Part shown: positions 11,789 to 22,739 of the stretch, piece by piece
How positions within the stretch are numbered: the stretch's first letter is position 1
Layout: the number at the start of each line of letters is the position of its first letter
DNA from: Lepidodermella squamata
Taxonomy: Eukaryota; Animalia; Gastrotricha
Length of the DNA stretch: 64,000 bases
Reading direction: 5' to 3'
Assembly: GCA_047495785.1 (NCBI GenBank)
Contig: JBLDXI010000046.1
Span: 992,001-1,056,000, forward strand
Translations under genes and position numbers: made by a program
Notes under the pieces: generated by a model
Seen by the model: only the letters and a program-made list of their open reading frames with translations
Databases searched by the model: none
Told to the model about the DNA's origin: nothing

Positions 11789-12444
11789 CCGTGAACCTAG
11801 CTTAACTCGTGAATGCTGGTCTCAGAGGAAAGGCCCAACCCCGCGCTGAAAGCTAACTCATTGGATTTGTTGATATAAATGTGTTAACAAAAAGGCGGCA
11901 CAAATCACCGCGACATGAATGACGACAGTTATGGGTAAGAAAAACGCTGATCACTCGTGGCTACAGTAGGAAACTCATCACTTACTTCTGAAAATTTGAA
12001 TTTCGGTTTGATAGTTTGATAGCGAAGCCATTGTATGTGGAAATGAATGAATCAAAGATTCCATGTTTGGCTGGTAATAAAGCCTGAGGTTGAATTACTA
12101 AGCATTTGGTTAGCATTTGACTGATTTTTCTCATAAAGCAATAATTGCAAGAACCTAACTAAGAACCAATAATTCCAATACAAATAAACAGAGGCAGGAA
12201 TGCACAGGGCGCAAAATTTTAAGGGGGCGAGTAAATAATCTCGGTGGAACCGGAAAAGCCAGGAATTTATACTAAGCCTGTCGAAGGTGATATTTCAATT
12301 TTTTATTGTAAAATCAGGCATGATCGTAGCGAAAAGCCGGAACTGTAATTTCAAATTTCCTAGTCCGCCTTTTGACAGGTGCCTAACTCAAAATTCCAGT
12401 TCATCGACGAAAATCATTCTTCGAGAATTAAGCAGCAGTGAAAA

Positions 12445-15400
12445 ATGTTGGTTAAAATTTTGCTAATTTTTATGCGAGGCATCGCGGCTTTCGATTGGCC
12501 CGACCTGCCTGCATCGGCCGAGGATGCCCTCTCAACCCTTCCAAGTGTTGACTACTACCATTTTTGGAGCTTGAGTAACGGCGATTCGAATATGTTCGCA
12601 TCATCGAAGAACACAAACGTATCAGCTTTCCAGTCTAACATCGTGCCTGTCGCTGTCGGACCGTTCAGAATGGGCGCTTCAACTGTTGGCGCCAATCCGG
12701 CCCAATTAGCATCGTATAATTTAGCTAAGCCGCATACCGAAATAACTCTGACGTTCTATGTCAAAACAGGCTGCACAAACTACCCCGGAATTTTCACACT
12801 TGAAAACTTGATTTCTGTCTATTGCCAAACAGCAACGAAGACACTCAAAGCAACGGTCTGGCAAAGCGGCACTAAGGCTGATAGCGGCCTTGACCTTGCT
12901 ATTAAGACCAACGTTTGGCAATTCGTCGCGATACAAATCCTCCAAGTTTCAACCGGCCAATACAATGTACAGTGGGGTGTAACGGATTACGACGATAATC
13001 AAATTAATTTTGGAAAGGCCCAAACCCTAGTCACGAATTCGTTCAGCAACAAAATGTTCATCGGAGGCGGCATTTTGCTCAGTAATACGGATCTGGCTTA
13101 TATGAGCTCTGCCGATCAAATTGCCTGCATGGTTCTCTACAACTCAGCATTGCTGCCGTCAATAGTAAAAATGATTCCATTTGCTTGCGGCTATGCGAAT
13201 AGGCCATCGAGCTATCTGCCTGAAACTTTCAGACTCATGCCTCAGATAAATAGCATGGTCATTCATATGCCTCTGAGGAATGAGAACTACGTGGTTCTTC
13301 AAAAATTTGGAACTGATTACCTAAGAACGGCAAATGCAGACGGTGTCCTACCATTGCAAGTTCGCGATCGCCTCGGTCCGAACGGTTACGGTTCTGTTTC
13401 CGTCTTATCAGACGGTGGGAAAGCTATTTTCATGGACAACTTGCGGGCACCTGGGTCAATATCCCTCTCATTCTACTACCTGGCTCCATGTGAAAGTTCA
13501 AGTGCTTTATTCAAGTTGAATGAAGGCTTAATAACTTGCGAACCATCAAAGGGTTTAGCTTACACCGGCATAACGATAGATGGTACTACTGCGACTTCTG
13601 AGCCTGTGCCCTACATTCGCACCAATGATTGGTCATTTTTCACCTTTGTGTTCAACTCCATAACGGGGAAGCTCGAAACCTACTACCAGCTGCCTGAAAA
13701 TGAGCAGCCTCAATCGGGCCCCGTCACGGACAGGCGGTTCAACATGACTAAAACGGCCAATACATATTTTGGTTTATTCGCTAGTGCCAACTCAATACCA
13801 AGTCGAGCTACGGATAACATTGCCTGCGTCACCATGCATAATACTGTTCTGACTTCCAGCGACATTCGACTACTGACCTACACGTGCGGGAAGAGGCCGA
13901 ATAGGTCGGATAAACTACCGGCAACCTTTGATGCAATGCCTCAACTTGGCAGTTTAATTTGGCACGCGCCTTTCGGATCTGCAACAGAGGCTTTGATTTT
14001 CGATAAATTTGGCTCTACGACCTGGTATGGTTCAGCTACGAAAAATGCCGCAACTTTCAAGACAGGCGGCCCATTTGGCAACGGGTTTATGAAGGCAAAT
14101 TTTAATGGACCCAATGTCAGCACTGTAATGAACCAAGATTCGTTCACTGTGTCATTTTCCTACTATGGACCTTGCGACGAAACTGTTGGCATTTTCTACG
14201 CTCTTCGATTCAGCATCTTTTGTTCGAATTGGAAAATGTATCTGAAAAACGCTTATGGCATTTCATCTGACCCAATTACACATGATTCGCAAAAAACTTG
14301 GCAGTTTTATACATTTACTTACACGTCGTCGCAAACTTTGAAAGGCTACTACCAATCACTGTCTGATGCTGTCCCCAAGAACATCTTTACGGAGCCTGGC
14401 TTCGCAATTATAATGCCAATACATCCACTTTTTAGCGATATCCAAATCGGAGATCAGGTCACAACTACAAATGCGGCTGGCAAACGTATCGCCTGTGTGA
14501 GCTACCATTCTTCTGTGCTAACGGAAACGGATATTGCGAAATTTTCGGCGCTGTGCGGTAAAAAGGAGCCGAGAAGCAGCAGCCTGCCAGCCTATTTCGA
14601 CCTGCTCCCTCAAAAATTAGGCCTGGTTCTGTATGTACCTTTTATGAGCAGCACTCAATCTAAAATGTTCGACAAATGGGGATCAGAGATGAACTTGAAC
14701 TTAGCTGGAGTTGCACCACCCGTTTCCGCTGGTGGTCCTTTCAACCTTGGATCTGCTAAAGGCAGTGATACTACCAATGGCATAAGCTATGTTATAGAAA
14801 CGTCATCCTCCTTCACGCTTTCTTTCTACTATAAATCTAAGGGAAATGATAAGCAGGCAATTTTGACTATCGGCCAGTTATCAATAACTTATGAATACGG
14901 AGTTGGGATCCGCTTACGCAAGCGACAAGGCAGCGATGCTTCGTTTTCTCAGACCATTGGAGAAGTTGGTTACGGACCCACTGAAAAATGGCAATTCAAC
15001 GTGTTTACTTACAATGCGACGAAATTGGAACTTTCTGCCTACATCTTGCAAGAAGGCGGTACGATGAAAGGTATTTTCACCTCCAAAAATTTAAACCTTC
15101 ATACCGCGGATCTGTTCGGAATTAACTGGTTTCGTGTTGGAGTTAGCTATGATGGACCCAGTACAGTGTACAAAATGTTGGCCGATCAGGAGTTGGCCTG
15201 CATTACCTATTACTCAGTCCCTTTGAGTGGTGCAGATCTTGCTCAGTTACCTTATTCCTGCGGAAACATCACATCGGCGAAATATCAGAATTTGCCCCCT
15301 ATACCACAGAATGACTCGCTTATATTTTATTTACCCCTTAATTCGGTTTATCAACTATCGACTATCGACAAGCTTGGTACAAACATCTTAACCGCAGCTA

Positions 15401-17328
15401 ATACCGAATCTGCTGTAGCCAAGATGCCTGGACCTTCTGGGGCCGGGTCTTACTCCTCGACATCAAAGATTTTGTCATTGCCGTTGCTGCCACCATTTGA
15501 CAAGTTCACAGTGACTTTCTATTATAATGGACCTTGTAACCAGGATTCCGCCATCATGACAACATCGATTTTCACGATTTTCTGCAATCAATCATCGATC
15601 TATCTTAATGGTTGGAATGAGGGAGATTTTGCGTTTTCGACTCAATCTTTCCCAATAGCATACGGAAGTCCATCAAACTGGGCCTTTGTCGCCATGGCTT
15701 TTGAATCCACTACCCTAACAGCCTACACGAAAATGGCTGGTGAAAAAATGATAGGCGCTGGTAGCCAGACGGATTTCGGCTTGCAAGGTCGGTCATCCTA
15801 TGCAGGATACTACAGTCTTGATTTGGGAACGGCTTCTTTAGGTGGGAAAACCATTTCTATACCTGATTCTGCTGAGCTAGCATGTGTGAGCCTTCATTCG
15901 AGCGTTCTTACCACTGACGACATAATTTACGTGTCCAGGTTATGTGGCGAACCTCCGTCGACTTCCACTTCGACATCCACCTCCACCTCCACCTCAACTA
16001 CGCCAATGCCAACATCTTCAACTACGGAATCAACCTCGACATCGACTATACCCGGTTCAACCGCGACTACTGGCACGAACATGATCTCTACTACCAGTAA
16101 CCTAAATACTGAAACTGCTATTGTGTATTCGAAGGCGACAAAATCAGGTTTAGCAGCCGATGGAACCCCAAAATTGGGAACGACAGAATCAGCCCAAGAC
16201 ATCCTGCCAACTCTAGACGGTCCAGGTGTTACTCCACCAATTAAGCCATTCGACACGGTGGAGAATGTGATTAAGCGATGCGATCATTTCGACAGCAATC
16301 GCTACACCCCGCCGATGATCAACGGAGCGGAGCCAAATTACGTCAACGTCACCTTCTATGTACCAAGTTTGAGTGAGCTAACCAGCGCAGATGACACGAT
16401 CTCGGTTAGTGGGGTCTTGCTACTGTCCTGGAGTGTAGCAACCTGCCCGAAGAACTCGTCAGACGCGATCAGCACTCGGCCTAAAGAGGAAATTTACGTC
16501 GCTAAGCCTGACATGATCTGGCTTCCTGGAATTCGATTCCTCAACAGCGCACAGTCGAACATCTACATGAAGAACGTTGCTGTGGGAGACGACTTTCTCG
16601 TAACCATGGATGGAGTTGGTTCGAAGAATAGCCCGAATAAGACCTACAACTTCTACTGGACCAGGGAGGGGCTTTTCAAGGCTGATTGCACCCAAATGAT
16701 GCAGGATTTTCCGTTCGACACGCAAACCTGCTCGTTCGAGTTCAGCCTACAACGATCGAGGAAGATTCTCTCATTCCGAGACCCGCCAAACTTCCTCTGG
16801 GATATTGGAGCCGTTGACAATTCGGAATGGGTGGTGAAGGATATCGAGACTTCCTTGTCATGGGCTAAATTCAATGGCTACAATGTTACCACTGCTGTTT
16901 TTACAGTAACCTTCAAACGAAAGCCAACCTATTACATTGCTAATCTATACCTGCCAACTGCGATTTTGGGCAGTTTGGATCTGGCGACATTCCTGATGGC
17001 ACCTGCTATGCCTGAGCGGTCATCTTTCGCGGTGACCATCTTACTAGCCATGGCTGTGAGCCAAACTGACGTAATTGGCCAAGCTCCGAATACGGATAGC
17101 ACTATTTTGAGTACTTACATCCAATGGATGGCTTGGTTTTCCGCCGGAGTCACTGTTTACGATTTACTGTCTCTTTGGCTGGCCTGCTCCTACTTTGTCG
17201 ACGGCAAGCGAGATATGAAGAGGCTGTTTGGTGGCAAGATTAGCATGGTTCGCCTGCTGGATATACCGGCTTTTCTTGCTGCGACTGCTTTCTTCGCGTT
17301 CGCCCAATGGTTCATGCTAAAAAATTGA
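12445..17328 (+). CDS. Intronless 1627-aa fusion: signal peptide, 5x LamG/pentraxin-like domains, Ser/Thr stalk, Cys-loop ligand-gated channel (ECD + 4 TM)
   Basis: Five ~225-aa repeats with W[QSA]F-[AT] and [IL]AC...CG motifs; STSTST linker; IWLP; Cys-loop CTQMMQDFPFDTQTC; KRKPTYY-M1; PERSSFAVTILL M2. Confidence 0.9.
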   Translation: MLVKILLIFMRGIAAFDWPDLPASAEDALSTLPSVDYYHFWSLSNGDSNMFASSKNTNVSAFQSNIVPVAVGPFRMGASTVGANPAQLASYNLAKPHTEITLTFYVKTGCTNYPGIFTLENLISVYCQTATKTLKATVWQSGTKADSGLDLAIKTNVWQFVAIQILQVSTGQYNVQWGVTDYDDNQINFGKAQTLVTNSFSNKMFIGGGILLSNTDLAYMSSADQIACMVLYNSALLPSIVKMIPFACGYANRPSSYLPETFRLMPQINSMVIHMPLRNENYVVLQKFGTDYLRTANADGVLPLQVRDRLGPNGYGSVSVLSDGGKAIFMDNLRAPGSISLSFYYLAPCESSSALFKLNEGLITCEPSKGLAYTGITIDGTTATSEPVPYIRTNDWSFFTFVFNSITGKLETYYQLPENEQPQSGPVTDRRFNMTKTANTYFGLFASANSIPSRATDNIACVTMHNTVLTSSDIRLLTYTCGKRPNRSDKLPATFDAMPQLGSLIWHAPFGSATEALIFDKFGSTTWYGSATKNAATFKTGGPFGNGFMKANFNGPNVSTVMNQDSFTVSFSYYGPCDETVGIFYALRFSIFCSNWKMYLKNAYGISSDPITHDSQKTWQFYTFTYTSSQTLKGYYQSLSDAVPKNIFTEPGFAIIMPIHPLFSDIQIGDQVTTTNAAGKRIACVSYHSSVLTETDIAKFSALCGKKEPRSSSLPAYFDLLPQKLGLVLYVPFMSSTQSKMFDKWGSEMNLNLAGVAPPVSAGGPFNLGSAKGSDTTNGISYVIETSSSFTLSFYYKSKGNDKQAILTIGQLSITYEYGVGIRLRKRQGSDASFSQTIGEVGYGPTEKWQFNVFTYNATKLELSAYILQEGGTMKGIFTSKNLNLHTADLFGINWFRVGVSYDGPSTVYKMLADQELACITYYSVPLSGADLAQLPYSCGNITSAKYQNLPPIPQNDSLIFYLPLNSVYQLSTIDKLGTNILTAANTESAVAKMPGPSGAGSYSSTSKILSLPLLPPFDKFTVTFYYNGPCNQDSAIMTTSIFTIFCNQSSIYLNGWNEGDFAFSTQSFPIAYGSPSNWAFVAMAFESTTLTAYTKMAGEKMIGAGSQTDFGLQGRSSYAGYYSLDLGTASLGGKTISIPDSAELACVSLHSSVLTTDDIIYVSRLCGEPPSTSTSTSTSTSTSTTPMPTSSTTESTSTSTIPGSTATTGTNMISTTSNLNTETAIVYSKATKSGLAADGTPKLGTTESAQDILPTLDGPGVTPPIKPFDTVENVIKRCDHFDSNRYTPPMINGAEPNYVNVTFYVPSLSELTSADDTISVSGVLLLSWSVATCPKNSSDAISTRPKEEIYVAKPDMIWLPGIRFLNSAQSNIYMKNVAVGDDFLVTMDGVGSKNSPNKTYNFYWTREGLFKADCTQMMQDFPFDTQTCSFEFSLQRSRKILSFRDPPNFLWDIGAVDNSEWVVKDIETSLSWAKFNGYNVTTAVFTVTFKRKPTYYIANLYLPTAILGSLDLATFLMAPAMPERSSFAVTILLAMAVSQTDVIGQAPNTDSTILSTYIQWMAWFSAGVTVYDLLSLWLACSYFVDGKRDMKRLFGGKISMVRLLDIPAFLAATAFFAFAQWFMLKN

Positions 17329-17933
17329 GCTGAACAACTTTTTGAAGAAAATAACTTGTTCATTTTAATAACTTGTTTAATCACACACTTCACCGTTACA
17401 GTGGCAAATCAGTTTTGCAACATAATTTCCTTACTAGACTTTATTTCCATTTCAGACTACTTATTTTTCGAGTAAACTTGGCGTGACTTATGCTGCTTCT
17501 TGCTTCGGATTCTTTGATGATATAGTTTTGTGGAAAATGCGAATGTGTGATCCAGAGTTGCCCAACCCGAATAGCACTCATGTTAGAGAAAACCATGATC
17601 ATAAGCTGATATTGTCAGCCTGATTTTATACAAATGGTCGTTGGTGTTATAGCGAGTTTGAGTTTGCAATTTTCGGACAACTGCTTATTTTGGCCAATAA
17701 GCCAACCAGTTTCACCCAATGAACTTGCCAAAAGGTATTTCGTGGCAGTTTTCATTGTGAGTTTAACCATTATTGAATTTGTTAATATAGGTATCAGATT
17801 AGTTCATTCAAAAGCAAATTAAGCACTTCATGTTTTACGTGATCACGTTCTGATAGCACTTACAGCTCATCTTATTTCATCTCCTATGATCTCACGTTCA
17901 TCGCACTTGGCAGTGATTGCTCAAATGCTGTCT

Positions 17934-18339
17934 TCAAATTCTGACCCAGTTCGAGACACCAGCGGGTATCTTCGTGGTAGCATTAACGCATTTTTTCAGC
18001 ATGTAGCAGGAGCGCACGTCGGACTTCGATTGAATGACGTATGTGATGGCCCTGCATCTAGCGTCCCAGCCGCAGATTTCTTTGCATTTATCCAAGTACA
18101 TGAACTTTGAACTGGCGCTGAAAACCAATAGCGTATTGTCTGTGCTTGCCTTCGGATCTAAGTTGTCTCGACATTCACCAGTCACCGATTGGTATTCTGC
18201 TCGATGTCAAAATAATTACAATGGGCATATGTATATATTACTGGACGAAAAGAAGCTTACTCGGTGTCATACTATTCGCTGCGTATACGCCAGCGAAAAA
18301 CATGAGGGCGAAGACGGCTGCAAGCTTGATAGACACCAT
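17934..18339 (-). CDS. Small secreted PAN/apple-like protein; exons 18339-18261, 18196-17934
   Basis: Signal peptide MVSIKLAAVFALMFFAGVYA; intron 18197-18260 in frame; C...CKEIC..DARCRAITY...CYMLKKC pattern. Confidence 0.7.
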
Positions 18340-18816
18340 GGCTTGAGCTTTGATGTAAACGAATATCAAATGAAATATGAACAAGTGTTATATCTTGGAA
18401 TGAATTAACGAAAACTAAGCGATTAGCGCTTGAATTTATGGGCGTTTTTTTGTACGCAAGTCAACAACGAACAAAAAACGCGCGAGACAGTGCAGCTGAA
18501 ACAATGCGAGCTGTAGCCGGCGGGAAATTTTTCGTAGCGACCTTTACCGAAAAGCTTCTATAGCCACTTCTACAGGCTACGGTAATATCGCCGTATTACC
18601 TACTTATGAAACTCAAATTATAAAGTTAAGTGCAAAGGGATGATAAATGATGCTCGCTAACACAGGTCTTAGTCAAGCGTGGCGATTTTGGCTGAAATCA
18701 GCAAATGAGCATCAAAGCGAGCCATCCAAGTCAGCCTCAAAAGTGATTTTTTTACCTGTTCCTAAGTAGGCTTACTTAGTACTTCGAATATTTACGGAAA
18801 AAAGGCGAAAGATTGG

Positions 18817-18990
18817 TACGGCGACAAAACAGCAACTTTGCGAAACAGCGGATGCGACAATACAGCAAATTTTTTATTTCGCGACAAAACAGCGAAAACT
18901 TACTATGTAAATGCTGCAACGTGTTTCTGCTGTTATGTTGAACAAGTTGCTGTTTTGTCGCGTTCGCTGTTTTGGGTATTTGCTGTCGAA
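18817..18990. mobile_element. Small foldback/MITE built from GCGACAAAACAGC motifs, copy 1
   Basis: Repeated gcgacaaaacagc on the left and gctgttttgtcgc on the right; second copy at 22307-22460. Confidence 0.7.
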
Positions 18991-19985
18991 AGAGTTTTCG
19001 AGATTAACCCTTTTTGACCGGCATACAATACGATATCTCTCCGGGAAAATTATTCTGACCTCATATTCTTACTAATTTTGATGCGTAGATGTCGAATTCG
19101 AAATCCGTTTTCAAAAATACTTTATCATTAAAGTGTAACAATGGGCGGAACTCGGTCTTTTACGTCGAACCTTAATTTTTGTTTATTCACTCCATATTTC
19201 TCCTCTCATATCGGAAAAACGCCAAGTTTTCCTGTAAATATGCCACCGATCTGTTAGATGGGTAATCGAATCTGCTTTTTCAAATAGAACTATCGGTTTC
19301 TGCTTAGGATTCGTAATTTTTGCGCCACAGGTGCAAATGAACCTATAGCACTTCACGTTTTTAACACGAAAACGAGTTTTGCGGGCGCCTCGGGTTCCAT
19401 TCTACGCGGCAACCTATATTTTCGATGCTTGGATTTTCAATTTTTATTTTTTATTTTATCATTTTGGATATTGGTCAGCCGATTTGCAAAGTTTGAACCC
19501 ATTCTTAAAGTGTCAAAGCCGTTTACTATAATGGGACAAAGTCGCGCAGTAAACAGTGATGAGTCATCGAACCAAAAAATCCCTCAAATTGAGACAATTT
19601 GATTTTTTCAATCGCGTAATGAGGCTATCGGTGATGATTCATAAAATATGTTAATAATCATTATATTTATATTGTGGGGCGGTCGTATTAAATCAATCAT
19701 TTCAAATAAATTTGTCCCTCCCTCTAGAATAAATACAGCACCTTCTACTTTTCGACATACTTCAGACATGGCACATGAGCAAATACTCATGTACGACATC
19801 GTAAAAGTTTTGCACGCCGAGAAGAAAAAATCATAAATCAAAAAATATAAGCACGCAAATTATTATGATTGACTATATTTGGATAGTTCAAATAGGTATG
19901 TTTTTACTATATGCCTCACCTAATTTCCGCCGGATTTATCGTGTGTCGATAAAGAAAAATTTCTCGATTATTTATTTTTAAATAA

Positions 19986-20522
19986 ATGTCGCCGATTTTT
20001 GTTGTTTCAGCCGTAATAATCATTCTATTCGTTGTATTTTGCTGTTCCATCTTTCTGTGGTTCATCTATTACTTCCGCGAGGTGACTACGTCCAACACCC
20101 ATCACCACCACCGTCATCGTTATTTCAGCCAGCAAAATTTGGATAGTGACGACGTTGAATCGGCTGATTTTTCGAACACCAACGACGAAAATCAACGCAG
20201 GCGGTTGTTTTATTTCGGAACTTCGTCCAGCAGTAATAGCAGGATGGGGTCGAGTGCGATTCCGCTGTTGATGCGAAATTCTAGTGATGCGGCTCAAAAA
20301 ATTATGGTGGCCATGACGAATCCGGTTGGAAGCATCATCAGGCAGCCGGGTGAGCCGAGGCCTAGCAGTTCAAGTCTGGGCCATCAACGCGATAGGATTC
20401 TACCTCAGCGAGAGTCGAGGCTGAAATCAAACAGCATGCCAGATGCGGCTAAAATTCTCGAGGAGGAAAATGAGGATGATCTAGGAGAAATTCCTGAGAA
20501 GAAAGAATGCCAAACTGATTAA
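19986..20522 (+). CDS. Single-pass membrane protein with N-terminal TM and low-complexity cytoplasmic tail (unknown family)
   Basis: 178-aa ATG ORF; hydrophobic aa 4-30 with CC; His-rich and acidic/Ser-rich tail. Confidence 0.6.
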   Translation: MSPIFVVSAVIIILFVVFCCSIFLWFIYYFREVTTSNTHHHHRHRYFSQQNLDSDDVESADFSNTNDENQRRRLFYFGTSSSSNSRMGSSAIPLLMRNSSDAAQKIMVAMTNPVGSIIRQPGEPRPSSSSLGHQRDRILPQRESRLKSNSMPDAAKILEEENEDDLGEIPEKKECQTD

Positions 20523-21691
20523 AAGTTTTTACAGCAATTTTCGTGTTGTAATGTTTCAGTTTTAGGATAGTTTTTCAACAAATTTCAAATAAATTTTGTA
20601 TTTTGAATTTGAATTTCAATCTTTTGCCAGGTTTACTGAATCTTTCTTTGAAGGTCCGAAAGTAAACGGTTTGAAAAAATACATTTTCTTAAATTTAGCA
20701 GAGTAATTTTTGAGCTCCTCCTAACGGCTTCTCCCGCCGTCTTTTCCATCCTTGGACACTGGAGGTATCAGAATTTATCAAATGGGTGTGCCTAGTGGAC
20801 ACCCTAAATTTCGATAGAGAAAAAATTGGGGAGAAAGAATTCGAAAACCCCATATTTTCGTCGCTTACGGTTACGGAGAAATTCCAGTGTCAAGTTGGTC
20901 ACGTGACCTTATCGGGTTTCACACCTGAGGGGTCATCTCGAGAACGGTGATAGCTAGGAAGCCGCTCTCAAAGAAAACGTTCATCAGCGTTATGAGAACT
21001 GCACTAAGGTCGATTTTGCACGAAATATCACATGTAATCAAACTGAATGCATTTCTAGGCAGATCTCATAACGCTGTTTAAACACCCTGGGGTTGTAGTC
21101 AACCTACAGGATTTTTTAAATATAGGATGTTGGAAAAAGGTGCCATTGAGCTTTAGCATTTGAGACGTAGAATATCTACGTCACATGGCTTTAACAGGTT
21201 CTAAGCACTTAAATTCTCAAACAAAAAGAAATATGGATTTCAAGATGGTATTTCTCCTTCCTAATTGAAGTTGTTTATTGACAGTTATTTGAAAGCATGA
21301 ATACGTCGAACCTCATTCCCCACTCAACGCGAAAATTTAAAAAAAAATTTAATTCACGATTTTCACGATTTTCACGATTTTTCAACCAAATATGAGAATT
21401 TGCGGGAAAATGCCGGCTCAAAATGCGGTTTTAGTGTGTTACAAATAATTAATTACCCACATATACCTGATGCGCCGGCGGGAGAGGCTTTTGCGTAAAA
21501 AATAAAGAGAGCATAATAAATAAATCAATCGCTAAGCGGCCGTTTATCGATCCACCTCAAGCGTACAGCGCGCGCATTTGATATATTGTTGTTCAAACAA
21601 TGCCGACAAAAAATTCCTACACTCATCCGTCGTCGTCGCTTTGAAGAGCACTAGATACAGGTACCTAGTAATTTTTCCTGCCTTAACCATC

Positions 21692-22216
21692 ATGATCTCA
21701 ACCGTTGGCAAAATGGTGGCGAAATACTTCAACTACGTCAAAAATCTGGCGAATCCGAACCCGGGCAAAGACGATGTTGGAAATTTTGCACTATTCCTTG
21801 GCTACATAATTTCCGGAATTATAGCCGCTCGGCTGATTCATTTTTTCGTCACGTCCATTTACGGATTTTCGAGTTATTATCTGCGAAAAGGCTCGAAATT
21901 TGCCGTAGAAAAACTAGCCGGCCGGCTGAATATTCCAGGCAACACGGCTTCGAACGTGGACGCTGATAAATTTGTCAATAAAGTTGCTTCAACGGTGAAA
22001 TTAATCATTGGAGGGGCGTTGGTTTTCTTCGTTGTTCAAGCCGTTTTCCGCCGATATACGTACGCGTTCAAAATTTACGAGAAATATTTCAAAAGCGCGG
22101 CTTTTGCGTCTTTGCCGCCGCTTTTCGCCCATGCCGCTACGTTTTTTCTACTCTCAGTTATCGTCGCCAAAATGTTCCAAGTATTTTTCGGACCTTATTT
22201 CAGCGGACCGCGTTGA
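21692..22216 (+). CDS. Multi-pass membrane protein of unknown family
   Basis: ORF 21578-22216, probable ATG 21692; three or four hydrophobic segments. Confidence 0.55.
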   Translation: MISTVGKMVAKYFNYVKNLANPNPGKDDVGNFALFLGYIISGIIAARLIHFFVTSIYGFSSYYLRKGSKFAVEKLAGRLNIPGNTASNVDADKFVNKVASTVKLIIGGALVFFVVQAVFRRYTYAFKIYEKYFKSAAFASLPPLFAHAATFFLLSVIVAKMFQVFFGPYFSGPR

Positions 22217-22306
22217 TTACCTGCCATGAAATGATATTTTGTACATTTTTCTGTGATAATTTTAGTAAATATTTGATTGTTGAATTTGATTGTATTTTTT
22301 GAATGG

Positions 22307-22460
22307 TACGGCGACAAAACAGCAACTTCGAAGAGGAGGTAATGCGACAAAACAGCAAAAACTTACTATGTAAAAGATGCGTCGTGTTTCTGCTATCATG
22401 TCCCAAAAATTTGCTGTTTTGTCGCGTTTGCTGTTATGACGGTCTGCTGTTTTGAATGAA
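22307..22460. mobile_element. GCGACAAAACAGC foldback/MITE, copy 2
   Basis: Same start (ggtacggcgacaaaacagcaact) and internal aaaacttactatgtaaa as 18817-18990. Confidence 0.7.
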
Positions 22461-22739
22461 ACCTCAAAATTACGCAAAAAATGACTCGAATCTTTCTCTT
22501 TTTTATTAGCAAATGTCATTTAAAAATTCAGAGGCTATCGGCTTGAAGTAGTAAAAAACAATACCGGACTTGGTTTATCGATTCACACTAGTTACAATAT
22601 TTCATTCAAGTCCGGCGAAATGAGCAAGTTGACGAGAAATTATTTCAATTTTCAGTCCTAGCACTTCCAATCAATTTTACTCCGAGACATAAACAATGTG
22701 GGGAATCTTCTGGAATAGCGATGATACAGCTTATGATAG

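Noticed and set aside
20705-21300. Possible Helentron/MITE-like element (gtcacgtgac palindrome, atctcgagaacgg..gctag)
   Set aside because: No second copy, termini or TSD could be established within the window.
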